Source: Podarcis cretensis (taxonomy: Eukaryota). Taken from it: a stretch of 64,000 nucleotides of DNA. The position numbers and the translations under genes were made by a program. Each line of letters begins with the position of its first letter. The first letter of the stretch is position 1. The notes beneath the pieces were generated by a model. The model was not told where the DNA came from and searched no databases. It worked only from the letters and a program-made list of their open reading frames with translations. This document shows, piece after piece, positions 36,442 to 48,659 of the stretch. The stretch covers positions 26,784,001 to 26,848,000 of the forward strand of contig OX638153.1 in NCBI GenBank assembly GCA_951804945.1, in the 5' to 3' direction.

Positions 36442-37624
36442 CTATGCAAGGGAAAATCAGAAATGTATATAAATATTTATAAATATTACTGCTCAGGTAT
36501 TATGAGTGGGCTTTTTAAGACAGTTTCAGCCTTGTCCAAGAAAGTCTTTGGGTTGCTTTGAATACTAACGCATATGCTGTCCTCAATGTAATGTTTTCTG
36601 GAAGAACCTCTTCCTGTTCCATTTCAAGGCTGAAAAAAATCTGTAACAGCAAGCTGGACTTAACATTAGTTTTGTTGGATTTGAACACCCAGCCTGAATA
36701 GGAATTTGGTGTAACTCAGTAATGCACAGACTGCACTGCGAATACTGATTGGACCACATGAAAGATACTATTTTATTTACTCTTATTTACCCCTTTCTGG
36801 TTTAACGTGGCTATTTCATTTTGATCTGATAAAAGGCTAAGTAATCACCTTTATAATCAACCTCATGACAGAAAGGTGTATTAATGAAAGGAACAAAATG
36901 TGAATCTGCATCCAAACTTTTTTCGTTTGGGGTTTTGGTTTATTGGGAGATAAGAAGTATCTCATAACTCAGTTGGTTAGATTAGCTCATGGTGGTCTGA
37001 TCTGAGGAAATGCCAGATGAATATAAAAAATATTATTTATGCATTTAATAAATGAATATTTCACCATTCAATGTGCAACATTTCTTGGTTATATGTTCCA
37101 CTTTTAAAGGCTGGTTCCATTTTTACAGGTCTACAAATTACGTTTTGGTTCTAATATCTAGCTTTGCCAGTAGATGGTGCTGCTTTCACCAAACCCAGTA
37201 ATTATTCCGTCATAAAAGGGAAAAGATACACTGAATGGATGGTTTAATTTATCTCACCACTGAGTTAGATAACAAATAAGTCAATATACCCAGACCACTC
37301 CTATAGGTCAATCAAGATGGCATCACTTAGGATGCTGCTTCCATACCATACCACACCACATAGGGCTGATTCTTCAAACATTTGTCAGTTTCTCTGCCTT
37401 TCCTACACTCACAATTGCATGGAAGAAGCAATGTCTGACTCAGCATGTTCCTGCTTACTGCCACTGGCAGCAATTCAGGTGAACACAAATTTTCCAACTG
37501 AATACTTGTGAACATTTTCTAACCCTGGCATAAACAGAAATAGCAGCAAGAGGGGAAATAATGGATATTCAAACAAAAACTATAAGTTAGAGAAATTATG
37601 CAGTGGTACCTGCAGTAATAATTT

Positions 37625-37625
<1 letters not shown>

Positions 37626-37669
<44 letters not shown>

Positions 37670-40600
37670 TTTTATTTATACCCCACCCTCCCCAGCCTGG
37701 GCTCAGGGCGGCTAACTACCAATAATAAAAACAAGTTGATTAAAATACAATTTAAAAGATTAAGATACAACATTAAAACAATTAGGGAGCAATCTCTTCA
37801 TAGGAGGAGAAAGGAAAAGGAAAGGGAAAGGGGGGGGAGGGAATCAAACTGATTCTGAGCCAAAGGCCAGGTGGAACAACTCTGTCTTACAGGCCCTGCG
37901 GAAAGAGATCAGATCCCGCAGGGCCCTGGTCTCAAGAGAAGAGACAGAGCATTCCACCAGGCCGGGGCCAGTGTTGAGAAGGCCCTGGCTCTGGTTGAGG
38001 CTAATCTAACTTCCTTAGGGCCCGGGACCTCTAGGGTGTTGCTATATGTGGACCTTAAGGTCCTCCGTGGGGCATACCAGGAGAGGCGGTCCCGTAGGTA
38101 CAAGGGTCCTAGGCCGTGAAGGGCTTTAAAAGTCAAAACCAGCACCTTAAATCTGACCCTGTACTCCACCGGGAGCCAATGCAGCTGGAAAAGCACTGGG
38201 TGAATATGCTCCCATGGCAAAGACCCTGTGAGGAGCCTCACTGCAGCATTCTGCACCCGCTGGAGTTTCTGGGACAGCTTCAAGGGCAGCCCCGTGTAGA
38301 GCGAATTACAGTAGTCAAGCCTGGAGGTGACCATCACATGGATCACTGTGGCCAGGTCGGGGCGGGAAAGGTAAGGGACCAACAGTTTGATGCGGCGTAG
38401 GTGGAAAAATGTCGCCTTGGCTGTTGCTGTAACTTGCGCCTCCATGGAAAGGGAGGCGTCAAGGATTACACCCAAACTCTTAACGGAAGGCAATTGCACT
38501 AATTGGGGCCTCGCAAGAGAAGGGAGTTGGTCCCTTATCCCCATACCATCCCGACCCAGGCAGAGGACCTCTGTCTTTGAAGGATTTAGTTTCAATCGGC
38601 TCCCACGAAACCATCCAGCCACAGCTTCCAAACATCTGGTCAGTGTGTCAGGGATTGAGTTGGTATGGCCATCCATCAGCAGATAGAGCTGAGTGTCATC
38701 AGCATATTAGTGACAACCCAGCCCAAAGCTCTGGATAATCTGGGCAAGGGGGTGCATAAAGATGTTAAAAAGCATCGGGGAGAGGATTGCGCCCTGTGGC
38801 ACTCCACACACCAAGGGGTGGTGCGATGACAACTCCCTCCCTAGTGCCACCCTCTGTCCCCGACCAGAGATAAAGGAGCACAGCCATTTATGGGCTATGC
38901 CCTGTATCCCCACATCGGCGAGGTGGTGGTCCAAAAGATCATGATCGACCATGTCAGCAGTCCCGACCCTCCTCCAGAAACCTACCAAGCTGTTCAGCAA
39001 CTGCTCTCTCAATTACCTTAGCCAGATATGGGAGATTTGAAACTGGGCAGTAATTGGATAGATCTAAAGGATCTAGTGAAGTTTTATTTAAGAGCGGATA
39101 CACCATTGCTCCCCTGGGAATGTCCCTGTGTTAAGGGACAAATTGATAGTTTAAACCAGAGGGGTCCGCGCGATATCTGGGCACGCCCTAATCAGCCAAG
39201 ACGGGCACGGATCGAGGAGGCAGGTGGTTAGCCTACCAGCTTGGAGGAGTCTATCCACATCTGCAGGGAGTATCTGATCGAAATGTTCTAACACTGGACC
39301 CGAAGACAGTCGAGGGCCTCCAGTTCTGTCACTGTATCTAAATTGGCAGGGAGGTCACGGCGGAGCAACAGGACTTTCTCTGCAAAAAAGTTTGCAAGTG
39401 CCTCACAGCTGTGGGTTGAATTTGTGCTTAAATTTGGTTGTCCTCCTAAGGACGTTATTGACCTAATTATTCTAAAAAGTTGTGCTGGGCAAGAGCCAGC
39501 GGATGCAATGGAAGCTGCGAAGTGAGATTTCTTAGCAGCTTTCATAGCCATCTCGTAGGCTTTCATAAGCGTCCTATAAGATGTTCTTGAAGCTCCGTCA
39601 CGAGTCCATCGCCATACTCACTCTAGCTGTCTGAGATCCCGCTTCATTTTCCGGAGCTCCTCGGTAAACCAAGGGGCCCTGTTTCAACGGGGTCGCAGAG
39701 GGCGCTTGGGCGCAATCTCATCGATGGCCGCCAAGAACCGGTTATTTCAGTCCTTGACAAGGTCATCTAATGAGTCACCAGGAGGAGCAGGGTCCCTCAA
39801 AGCCAGACGGAATCTATCAGGATCCACCAGTCTTCGCGGGCGAGCCCAAATAGGCTTGCCACCCAAGCGGGGGGGGGGGAGCGGGAAATCAATCTTGGCT
39901 TTCGGAGCGTAGCGATCAGACCATGGCACTTCCACAGGGGGTAGCATGATCACATCTATGCCAGCACCAAAGATAAAATCCAGCGTGTGGCCTGCTTGAT
40001 GAGTCGGGCCCATAACAAACTGGGAGAGCCCCAGTGTTGCCATAGAAGTCACTAGGTCCAGAGCCTGTGAGGAGGGGGTGGCATCGGCATGGATGTTGAA
40101 GTCTCCCAAAAGCAATAGGTTTGGGAACTCCAAGGCCCAACCTGCCGCCACCTCCAGCAGGTCTGACAGGGTGGCTGCTGGTGCGCTAGGTGGTCGGTAC
40201 ACCAGCCAGACAGCCAAGTTCTCCTTGGTGCCCCACACACCACCAACACATTCAATGCCAGAGATCGCTAGTGGTGGCAGAACCCTGAAAAAGCAATCCT
40301 CCCGGATCAACAACGCTGCTCCTCCCCCCGACCCACAGTCCGCGATTGATGGAGGACAGAGAAACCTGGAGGTGTTATCTCATGTAGGGAGATTACTTCG
40401 CCTTCCCGTACCCAGGTCTCTGTCATGCAAGCCAGGTCAATCCCCTGCGAGACAAAAAAAGTCACGCATGGTGGCGGTTTTATTGCCTATGGACCTGGCA
40501 TTGCACAACACCAATGACGGAGGTGGGTAATCCCTGCTCGCCCTACCCTTGTCCCTTGGGACGGGGCATAGATTGGAGGGGGTTCGAGCATCACTGCATC

Positions 40601-40825
40601 TCAAAACCCTTCTCAGATAGTGATATTTAGCCCCACCGCCATTCTTCCCTAGCCCTTCAATAGTGGGAATCCCAGACCCCATACTAGCCTCCCCAATAGA
40701 GGGGTAAGATCTCCTCAATAACAAGTCATCTCTGGGACAGGACTCTTGGGTCAGAATGTTATGGGGAAGAGGTGAAGGTTTGATAGGGTAATTATCCCTA
40801 GAAGATAAAACCCAACCAACCGCAC
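37626..40825 (-). mobile_element. L2-clade LINE, ORF2 (APE endonuclease + RT) disrupted, with (ATT)n tail
   Basis: Fragments LCNARSIGNK, VYRPP...LLGDFNIH...GHTLD, GVPQGAILSPMLFNIF, LKLNPSKTE, SRLDYCNSL and LHWLPV. Frameshifts and an internal RT deletion near 38960; 3' end AATAAA + (ATT)n. Confidence 0.9.
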
Positions 40826-42242
40826 CGAGCAAAGAAAATGTTCAGTTCCTCTGCCAATGAGGCATCAGTCTTAACCATGTTCCTTGTATTGCTCTTGTAG
40901 TTGGTTAGGTGCTGCAGTCGTTGCCACACTTGTTTCATGATGTTATTGGCTAAATAATTTTCCACCTTAAGCTTATACTGTTGTTTTGCTGCCTTAATGC
41001 CTTTTTTTGAGATTTATTCTCGCCTCTCTGTATATGTCTATATTCCCTGTCTTAAAGGCAGAATCCTGGATTTTCTTACTTCAGCAGTCATCCATGGTTT
41101 ACAGTTCCCATAGAGTCTAATGCATCTCTGCGATGTTACATTATCGATGCACACTTTAATATAGGAGAGTATAGCATCTGTGTATCTATGCAGATCTTGC
41201 TGTTCAAACACACTCCAATCAGTGCTCTCAAAACAATCCTGGAGCTGACTAAGAGCACCCTCTGGCCAAGTTCTAACTGTTTTTATAACTGACTGAATTC
41301 TTCTCCTGAGAGGGATGTATTTCGGACATAGAAAAACTGAAGAATGGTCGGATGAGCCTAAGTGGGGGAAGGGGATTGCCCTGTATGCCTGTTTCAAATT
41401 GGAATACGCGAGATCTAGAACACTCTGTCCTCTAGTGGGAAATTTCACAAACTGTTCAAACTTAGGAAAAACCGTCTTTAGGCAGGCTTGATTGAAGTCC
41501 CCTGCCACAACAAGGGCGCCCTCTGGGGGGATTTGCTGCTGCTCGGAGATGACGTCATATAGCTTAGAAAGTGCCGCATTGACATTAGCATCGGATGGAA
41601 TATAAACAGCTATAATAATTATGACAGTTACTTCTCTAGGCAAATAAAATGGCCGACATGTAACTGCCATCAATTCTAGATCTGGGGAGCAATGCGTGTA
41701 AGCTACTTTGCTGTTAACGCACCAACCATTGTGTATGTAAATACAGACTCCCCCGCCCCTAGCTTTACCAGAATCACTGTTTCTATCAGAGCGATAAATT
41801 ATTCGATTTATCAGCTCAACTGCCGCATCTGGTACTGCTGAATGTAGCCAAGTTTCAGTAATAATTACCACACAGTTCTCACAAAGAAGTTTGTTTGCTG
41901 CCATCAGTAACTGTAATTCGTCAATTTTGTGGGTGAGAGATCTGGTGTTGGTCAAGAAGACGCTTGGCAGTGCTGGTCTCGTGGGTCTTTTTCGAAGCCG
42001 GGTTAACAGACCAGCTCTGCAACCACGTTTTTGCTTTCGCTCTTTTCTCTTTCGCTTCTTTCGGCACTTCCCCCTCCCGTCGACGATCCATAGAGATCCT
42101 GGAGGTTTGGTATACAGTGGGACCTTTGAAACTCTCTAGTTATCTCTCTTTTTCTTGTGAGCCCAATGTTTACCAGTTTTGTGCGTGAGTAGGTGAGGTA
42201 TTGGGGGCTCAGAGCCGCAGCGTATGAACGTGCCGCCATCTT
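40826..42242 (-). mobile_element. Rex1/Babar-clade LINE, 5' half (leader + APE endonuclease; RT absent)
   Basis: Starts AAGATGGCGGC. Basic leader RKQKRGCRAG...LPSVFLTNTRSL, then TETWL, RGGGVCIYI..WC, AGDFNQA, SDH, LQDCF, KPW; ends DASLAEELNIFFAR. Clade call is from remembered motifs. Confidence 0.8.
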
Positions 42243-42522
42243 GGAATGTTAAATGAGCATCATTAATTCACTTCTGTAACAAATAATTGGGATACTGAAA
42301 TATATTTCTTAACTGCAAATAGGTTCTTTGATTGGATGGTTGTGTATCTTTCTGCTGGCAAGCATAACAACATATATAGTATTATATCCATGCCACATGG
42401 CACTGTGGTAATGCTATTTGTATAGTCACCGCCTAATTCACCTTGAATCATTCAAAAACAAACCCAACACATGTTTCTACTTGCTATTTGCCCAGGCCAA
42501 AACAGTAACAGTGCATAGATAC

Positions 42523-42677
42523 CTTCATTCATGCCGTTCAGTATTTCAGTGAGGTTTTCATGCTTGCTGTCATACTGATGTTCCTTCCACGTTTCACCGT
42601 TTTCACTTCGAAGCACAATCAGTTCTCTTTCCTTTCCTCGCATCGATCCAAAATGAGGGATTTCCACTATGACAGGA
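42523..42677 (-). CDS. ANK3: ANK3 ZU5-A exon ([33 protein letters not shown]...GMNE)
   Basis: 155 nt, phase 2/1, gtgtag|T ... GAAG|gtatct. Confidence 0.97.
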
Positions 42678-45252
42678 CTACACCAAATAAAAGAAGAAGA
42701 AGAAGCAATTCATATTGTACATGCATTTTTTCAGTTTACTAAGTGCTGCTTCCTTACTCAAGAGTTGTCTGTCACACAGCTACAAGTGCGCTCATGGGGG
42801 GGAAATGGTTAATAACTGGCAAAGCTGCAAAACCCTTTCCAATTCAAATTGCAAGGTTTTTTGTTTGTTTGTTTTTGTTTTCAATAATCCACTCCAATTA
42901 CACACTTAGATAAGCACGCACAGGAGTGCTGACATACATCAATTTACACAGACAACAAAAACAAGTTACAAAAATGCATATAAGCAAATAAAAAGAAAGG
43001 GTTTCAGCAGGCAAGCTTAGATCCTGCACTTGGCTATGCATACATAATGCTATTTACTCAGGGCTGTGTGTACTCGGCGCTTAACACACATAAACATTTG
43101 GCTGTGTCAAAGTAACCCATGTTCCGTGTCTAGAAAAGCTGAATTCTTTCAACCAGCATTAATATGCAACCTAAGCCAATCTGGACAACTTATTTGAGTC
43201 TGTACAATTTATTCTGCTTCTGCTAGTCACAGGAAGAAGTAAGAAGCAATGCCAGGGCACTGATGCACAGGACCCTGATTGCTGGAAATCTTCTTTATCA
43301 ACACTTTGTTTTGAGACTTCACCTGATGCTCTCCACCCAGTTGCAAACTTACTTTTAAAAATTGTTTCAAAAAAGTGAAACTCAGAGTTTGAATATTGCT
43401 TTTCTTGTGCTTTAACAACTCTGTGCATATGCAATGCTGTTTACTTAGGGCTGGGTGGGAGCTTTGACTTAAAATAAAGAAAATGGGGTGGGGAGAGAAG
43501 AGAACTGACAATTTGCACCAAGTTTTTCAAATATATTGTAAAGAAAAGCTCATTTTCCCAGCCAATATATATTGTGGAAATTCACCAGATTTGCAAGTTT
43601 TGCTCACTTTGCCTGATTTAAATATATTTAAATACGCTAAATAACTTTAAATATGTTTTAATCTTGGGAGGAGTAAGGAGGTACAGATGTAGAAGGATAT
43701 AAAAAAGCACTGAAGTTCCATCCTCTTACCACTGGGCAATCTTAATTACCCATGCAATTTCAAGTCCATTTGCACAATCATAAAGACTAGACATTAAAAA
43801 ACAGCAACCAGGGAGAGCACTGAAAGTCTCGGGAAGTTGAATTTGGCACCCAGTACTACAGTCTCTACTTTTCTGCCCTTGCACAGAATCACAGAATACA
43901 CACAGCCCTTTAATAATTATCAACGGGCGATGCACCAGCATAGGCAAAGACCAACTTGATTCTAAGGTGTAGAAGAGACACAGTCAGATATAAAACAAAA
44001 AACAAGCAAACATAAGTTCCATTTTGCTGGCATGCCATATTTACATTGGCTTTAATGGAAAGTGTACATTTTGATCCAATGAAATCTTTCATACAAAGAA
44101 TTAATGCAACTGAAAATATATACAGTCTAATTTTATAAAATAACGTGCAGCGCAATCCAATGCACGAGGAGTTCAGTGGGGAATAAGCCTGCAGAAGGCC
44201 GGGGTATGAGAACCTGTATTGTGACTCCTCTTTTCCTCCAGCACCATTTGTGTGAGCATGTGTTTCTTTTCAAGCACTACATATACTAAAGCCCCTGGTA
44301 AATACTGATCGTATGGGGACAAAACTGTAGCAGTTTTAGTCACTTATGGGGGCACCTGCATGTCAGAATGGATTGATGTGATCTTCCTCATATGCCAAAG
44401 AAAACTTGCTGGTATTAGTCTATGAATGTAGAAAAGATTGGCTCAACAACTTAACCTGGAGGATTTGAGGAAATATTTTGGTCCTTCTTACTTACAATCA
44501 GTCCAGGGGCTGGGGCTGCCTGTCCACTTCCTTCTCCCTGGCCTAGGTTTGCACTTGTAGAACTTAGCAGGGAGGAGGATGGTTACAAAAGTAGAATTAG
44601 TTTGCTCCATCTGTCACTGGCTCTGGCCTATGTCGGTCTCCCTGTCTTCCACACTTTCACAATGGGCACCAATTCAAACAGCTAACTAATCGGTCGTCTA
44701 GCTCTTGGCTGATGAATTCAGCAGAACAGGCCTGCACAACCTCTGACCTTTTAAAACCAAACACACGTATTTGTGATGAAGGGCTTGCAATCCCTCCTAC
44801 CCGCCTCCATGTTAACAACAGAAAGAGAGATTTATTCAGCCTCTGATGGTCAGCCATACATATCTAGTGAGCTGTGCTCAGCTTGGTGGGTAAAAAGTTG
44901 TGTAGGCCTCTGACAGAACCATGATCTTATGTAGCTGTATTTATCTTGGGTTGCTGGTCGGATCCATTTGCACCCCTGTTTAAATAATACACCTAGTGTT
45001 ACCTGACTGTGTGCCTTCAACCAAAGATTACAAGAGCATAATTAAGTGGCCAGTGTAATAAACGAACAGGTTGTTTTCCGTGCCTTTTTTTCTTTTTTTA
45101 ATAAAATGGAAATCTTTGCTCATGGGCAAGGAAAGCCTTTGAAGTATTCCATCAGAGAAACACGAGCAGTTATGGATTATGCAGCCTTAAGACATTTAAA
45201 CAGACAGTATCATTAATTTCCCACAGAGGTTGTACTTAGCTCTGCTCATATG

Positions 45253-45285
<33 letters not shown>
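45253..45285. repeat. Compound (TA)n(GA)n microsatellite
   Basis: Seen directly. Confidence 0.9.
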
Positions 45286-45286
<1 letters not shown>

Positions 45287-47652
45287 ACACCTCACCATTC
45301 TGCATAAACATCAAAGAGTAGCAGCAGTACTAGCTGAGACTTTCTTCAGCTGTTACACTTTATTCTTTTACAAGGGAGAATCAGAAACGGTAATAGCAGT
45401 ATTTTTTTTAAGGCAATTTAGGGTATGACCCAGCTAATTACTTTTACATCTCATTGATTTCAATGGGTGCATTAAGCCATTGTTTAAATCACCCCAATGG
45501 GATGAAAAAGTGCTCCGTTTCTGACAGATTGTGGATTTATTTTTGTGAAGCGCCAAATATTCTAGTGTTGCATTTGGTTATTGGTTCTATCATCTCAACA
45601 AGAGATGGATGATAGCAGTTCCACTTGTTTACCTAATGTTTGTGCAGGCCTTGCAAAACAGAAAATGTTTAAGCCCATTGAAAACTATCCTATGAATACA
45701 ATCTTTGCAGGCGAATATGTCAGATACTGTCTCTCTTTATAAGACGCACACAGTTTTGTGCATGAACATAAACAATACTCACAGAGAAGGTATTAGACAG
45801 GTATTGAACACAGGACTTGGAACAACATGCTACGTTAGAACCTCACAACCTCTGAAGACAGGCAGTCAAAATAGTCAAATCTTCCCGAGATTTTAAATAT
45901 GAATATCACAGTTTTCTAATAATTGTAAATAGATATATACAAAATTCATACTTTGTTTTCAAACCTGAAATATAATTCAGTTTTAGAAGGGTTAACATTT
46001 TCACCAATCTTATTCAACCAGATCATTTACTGAATTTTATTGAACAAGACAGAACTTTGGTCACAGGGGTGGCCAAACTGTCACTCCTGGGCATTTCAAG
46101 ATGCATACAGAGAGTTAGTGGCATTCTCAGTGCATTGGCACACTCTGAGTACATCATGACTCAAGCAATCAGTCACCCACCTATACATTTGATGGGGAAT
46201 TAGATCAAATTCTAAGTTCTTAGTGTTTAGGCAGACTTTTCATGCTTCTTAAGTGAGTCTCGCAAGTGATGAGCTACAGTTGTCTGAAAACAAAGAGCTA
46301 AACTAGAAGTGATGTTTATTATGCAACTGGGAGTTTGCTCCCATTGCAAATAGCAGCTGTGCAGGAGTAACAATCCTGTTGAGACCACAATGGGGGCAAA
46401 GAGGTAAAAATATTTTCCCCCACTGTGCTGATGATCTGGATCTACCTCCCGCCCATCAGGGTGCTTAAGTATTTATTTTTATATAAAAACAACAATCACC
46501 AGCAACTGCTATTTGCATGATTATGATTGTGTCTAGTTTGGCCCAGAGTTAAAGGTAAAGAATGAGTATCTATTGTGAGTACTCAAGCACATGAAGATTT
46601 TGGTATATATTAATTATACTTATATCTTGCAACCCCCTGGAAACTTTCCCCAGCTTCAATAATGCTATGGCCTCAGATGTTCTCAGGCCATTCATAGGGC
46701 CCTTGGGTATGTGCTGAACACAGAATTCAGAATAACATTCTACATTAAACATCACAGACTTCAGATACAGGTAGAATTTCTAGGAATCTGTTTTTTGAAC
46801 TTCCTTTTGAGTCAGTAGCAGATGGCAAGGGAGATGGACTTCCCACTCTCAAGAAAACATAACTTTATCTGCTATGGAAGCTCAGGATATTAGGGGTGGT
46901 TCTGTGGCACATTGTAAGATCCCCTCTTATATGCTGTAAGTGATATGTTAAGACCTTGTTACTGCCTCACATGAGCTGAGTTTACACATTGGAACATTCC
47001 CACTTGGTTGCACAATGTTGGGGAAGGTCGGTAATAGAGGAAATCGTATTTTTAGGAATGCCTGGCCATCATTACTGATCTTCTTATTGTGATAAAATCC
47101 CAGGGTCCTGCAGGAGACAGTTTGAACACCACTGTCTTAAGCTTATATTTAACCACCCCTGTCTTACAAATACTTCCTTGTTGGTCCAAATTTGGCAAAG
47201 CTGTTTATTTGTGCCATAAGCTGGCTCCAAAACCATGCAAATACCTTCTCTACCAACAGAACTAAAACAGGACCATGTGTGTGGTGTCACTGTAGTGCTT
47301 TTTAAAAGGTGTACTCAATGCAGCTGAAACAGTCAAAATTGGTTAAAACATAGGAAAAAAGCACAAAGTTATGAAAGCAGAAATGCTTGCCGTGAATTCC
47401 ACATGCCTAGAAGCACAAGATCAATTACAGGAGCAGTGCTAGAATAAAATCAAGCCACTATGATTTTTTCTTTCAGTGACGGTTAATCAGCTGAAAGCTT
47501 TTGTTGTTGTTGTGAACCAAAAAATAAAAAATTAAATAATGGGAATGACCAAAACACAAAACAAAAAAAGCAAGTCAGAACAAAAAGGAATTAAATAAAA
47601 AGAAAAGAAAAGAACTGTAGACATTTGATATCTTTTCTTAGAAACATCCTAC

Positions 47653-47751
47653 CCAATAAATTTTGTTCCTTGAGGCCCAAGCTGCAGGATTCGGCTAACC
47701 ATGCTCTCACCCTCATTTAGAGGGGGAGGAGTGGTAGGAAGGTGCAGTTTA
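47653..47751 (-). CDS. ANK3: ANK3 alternative 99-nt ZU5 duplicate exon (KLHLPTTPPPLNEGESMVSRILQLGPQGTKFIG)
   Basis: Phase 2/2, attcag|T ... GG|gtagga. Homologous to the 33-aa KLHLPT insert of ANK2 and to the last 33 aa of the preceding exon. Confidence 0.88.
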
Positions 47752-48434
47752 CTGAATAACATCCATGCAGCAGGAAGAAAAACAAGAGGGGAAATTAGGA
47801 ACAAACTGTCATTCCCGACAGAACTTTCTACTGGGGACCATGTATGGTAATGAACAAAATTTATCATCATATATAAATTTATGTACTCCCATATCATAGT
47901 GGATTGTTTCCCCTAATGTTAGCTTTGGAAAAGAAAAAGTCTGCTGTTGGCATTTGTGTTAGTATACGGCTCAGAGTAGCTGCTACAAAATTCACATTCA
48001 GCTGCACATTCTTCTCTTGGTAAATGTTTGCCGCTCTTGAGGATGAGCGGATAGTTTGTACAGAGTACTCCTTTAGAAATCAATGGCATTCCATAATCAC
48101 TGGGTGCTGGGCATATAATTCAGCAGTGCTCCCAACATCCTGCCTTTGTATATCTGCATGAATCAAGAATAAGAGAGAAGGTTTTGGGTCCCCCCCCTCA
48201 TCCCTTAAACATAATATATTACCATAGGAAAAATTATTCATGATACCATAGAGAATTTGGCCTAAGATAAAATTACAGTCCTGTGCTTACCTAGCAAAAG
48301 GAGTGGAAGCCTACCTCCAATCCTCAAGTTATTTCAATTTTAAAAGACCCAACAACTTAGATCCATATGGTAAAGCAAAGCAAAACTATAGATGCAAAAT
48401 GGCAGCCAATAATACGATTCACAGAACAACTCAC

Positions 48435-48659
48435 CCTAAAAATTGTGCTCCAGAAGGCCCCATTTCTACCAGTCTACTAGCCAATCCTTCTCCTTCAACC
48501 ATTGGTGGAGGGCTGGCCAGTTTGTGCCTCTTTACCAAGCGGCAGGTGATGCGAGTGGGCGCTGTGCATTTACGCGGTGGAATAATAATCCTCATGCCAT
48601 GATGACGGCTGCCCCTCATTGAACCCCCGCGTGCATCAACCATAAAACTAACCAGAAAG
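48435..48659 (-). CDS. ANK3: ANK3 ZU5-A exon with DAR spectrin-binding motif ([12 protein letters not shown]...GAQFLG)
   Basis: 225 nt, phase 2/2, ctgcag|C ... GG|gtgagt. Confidence 0.98.
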
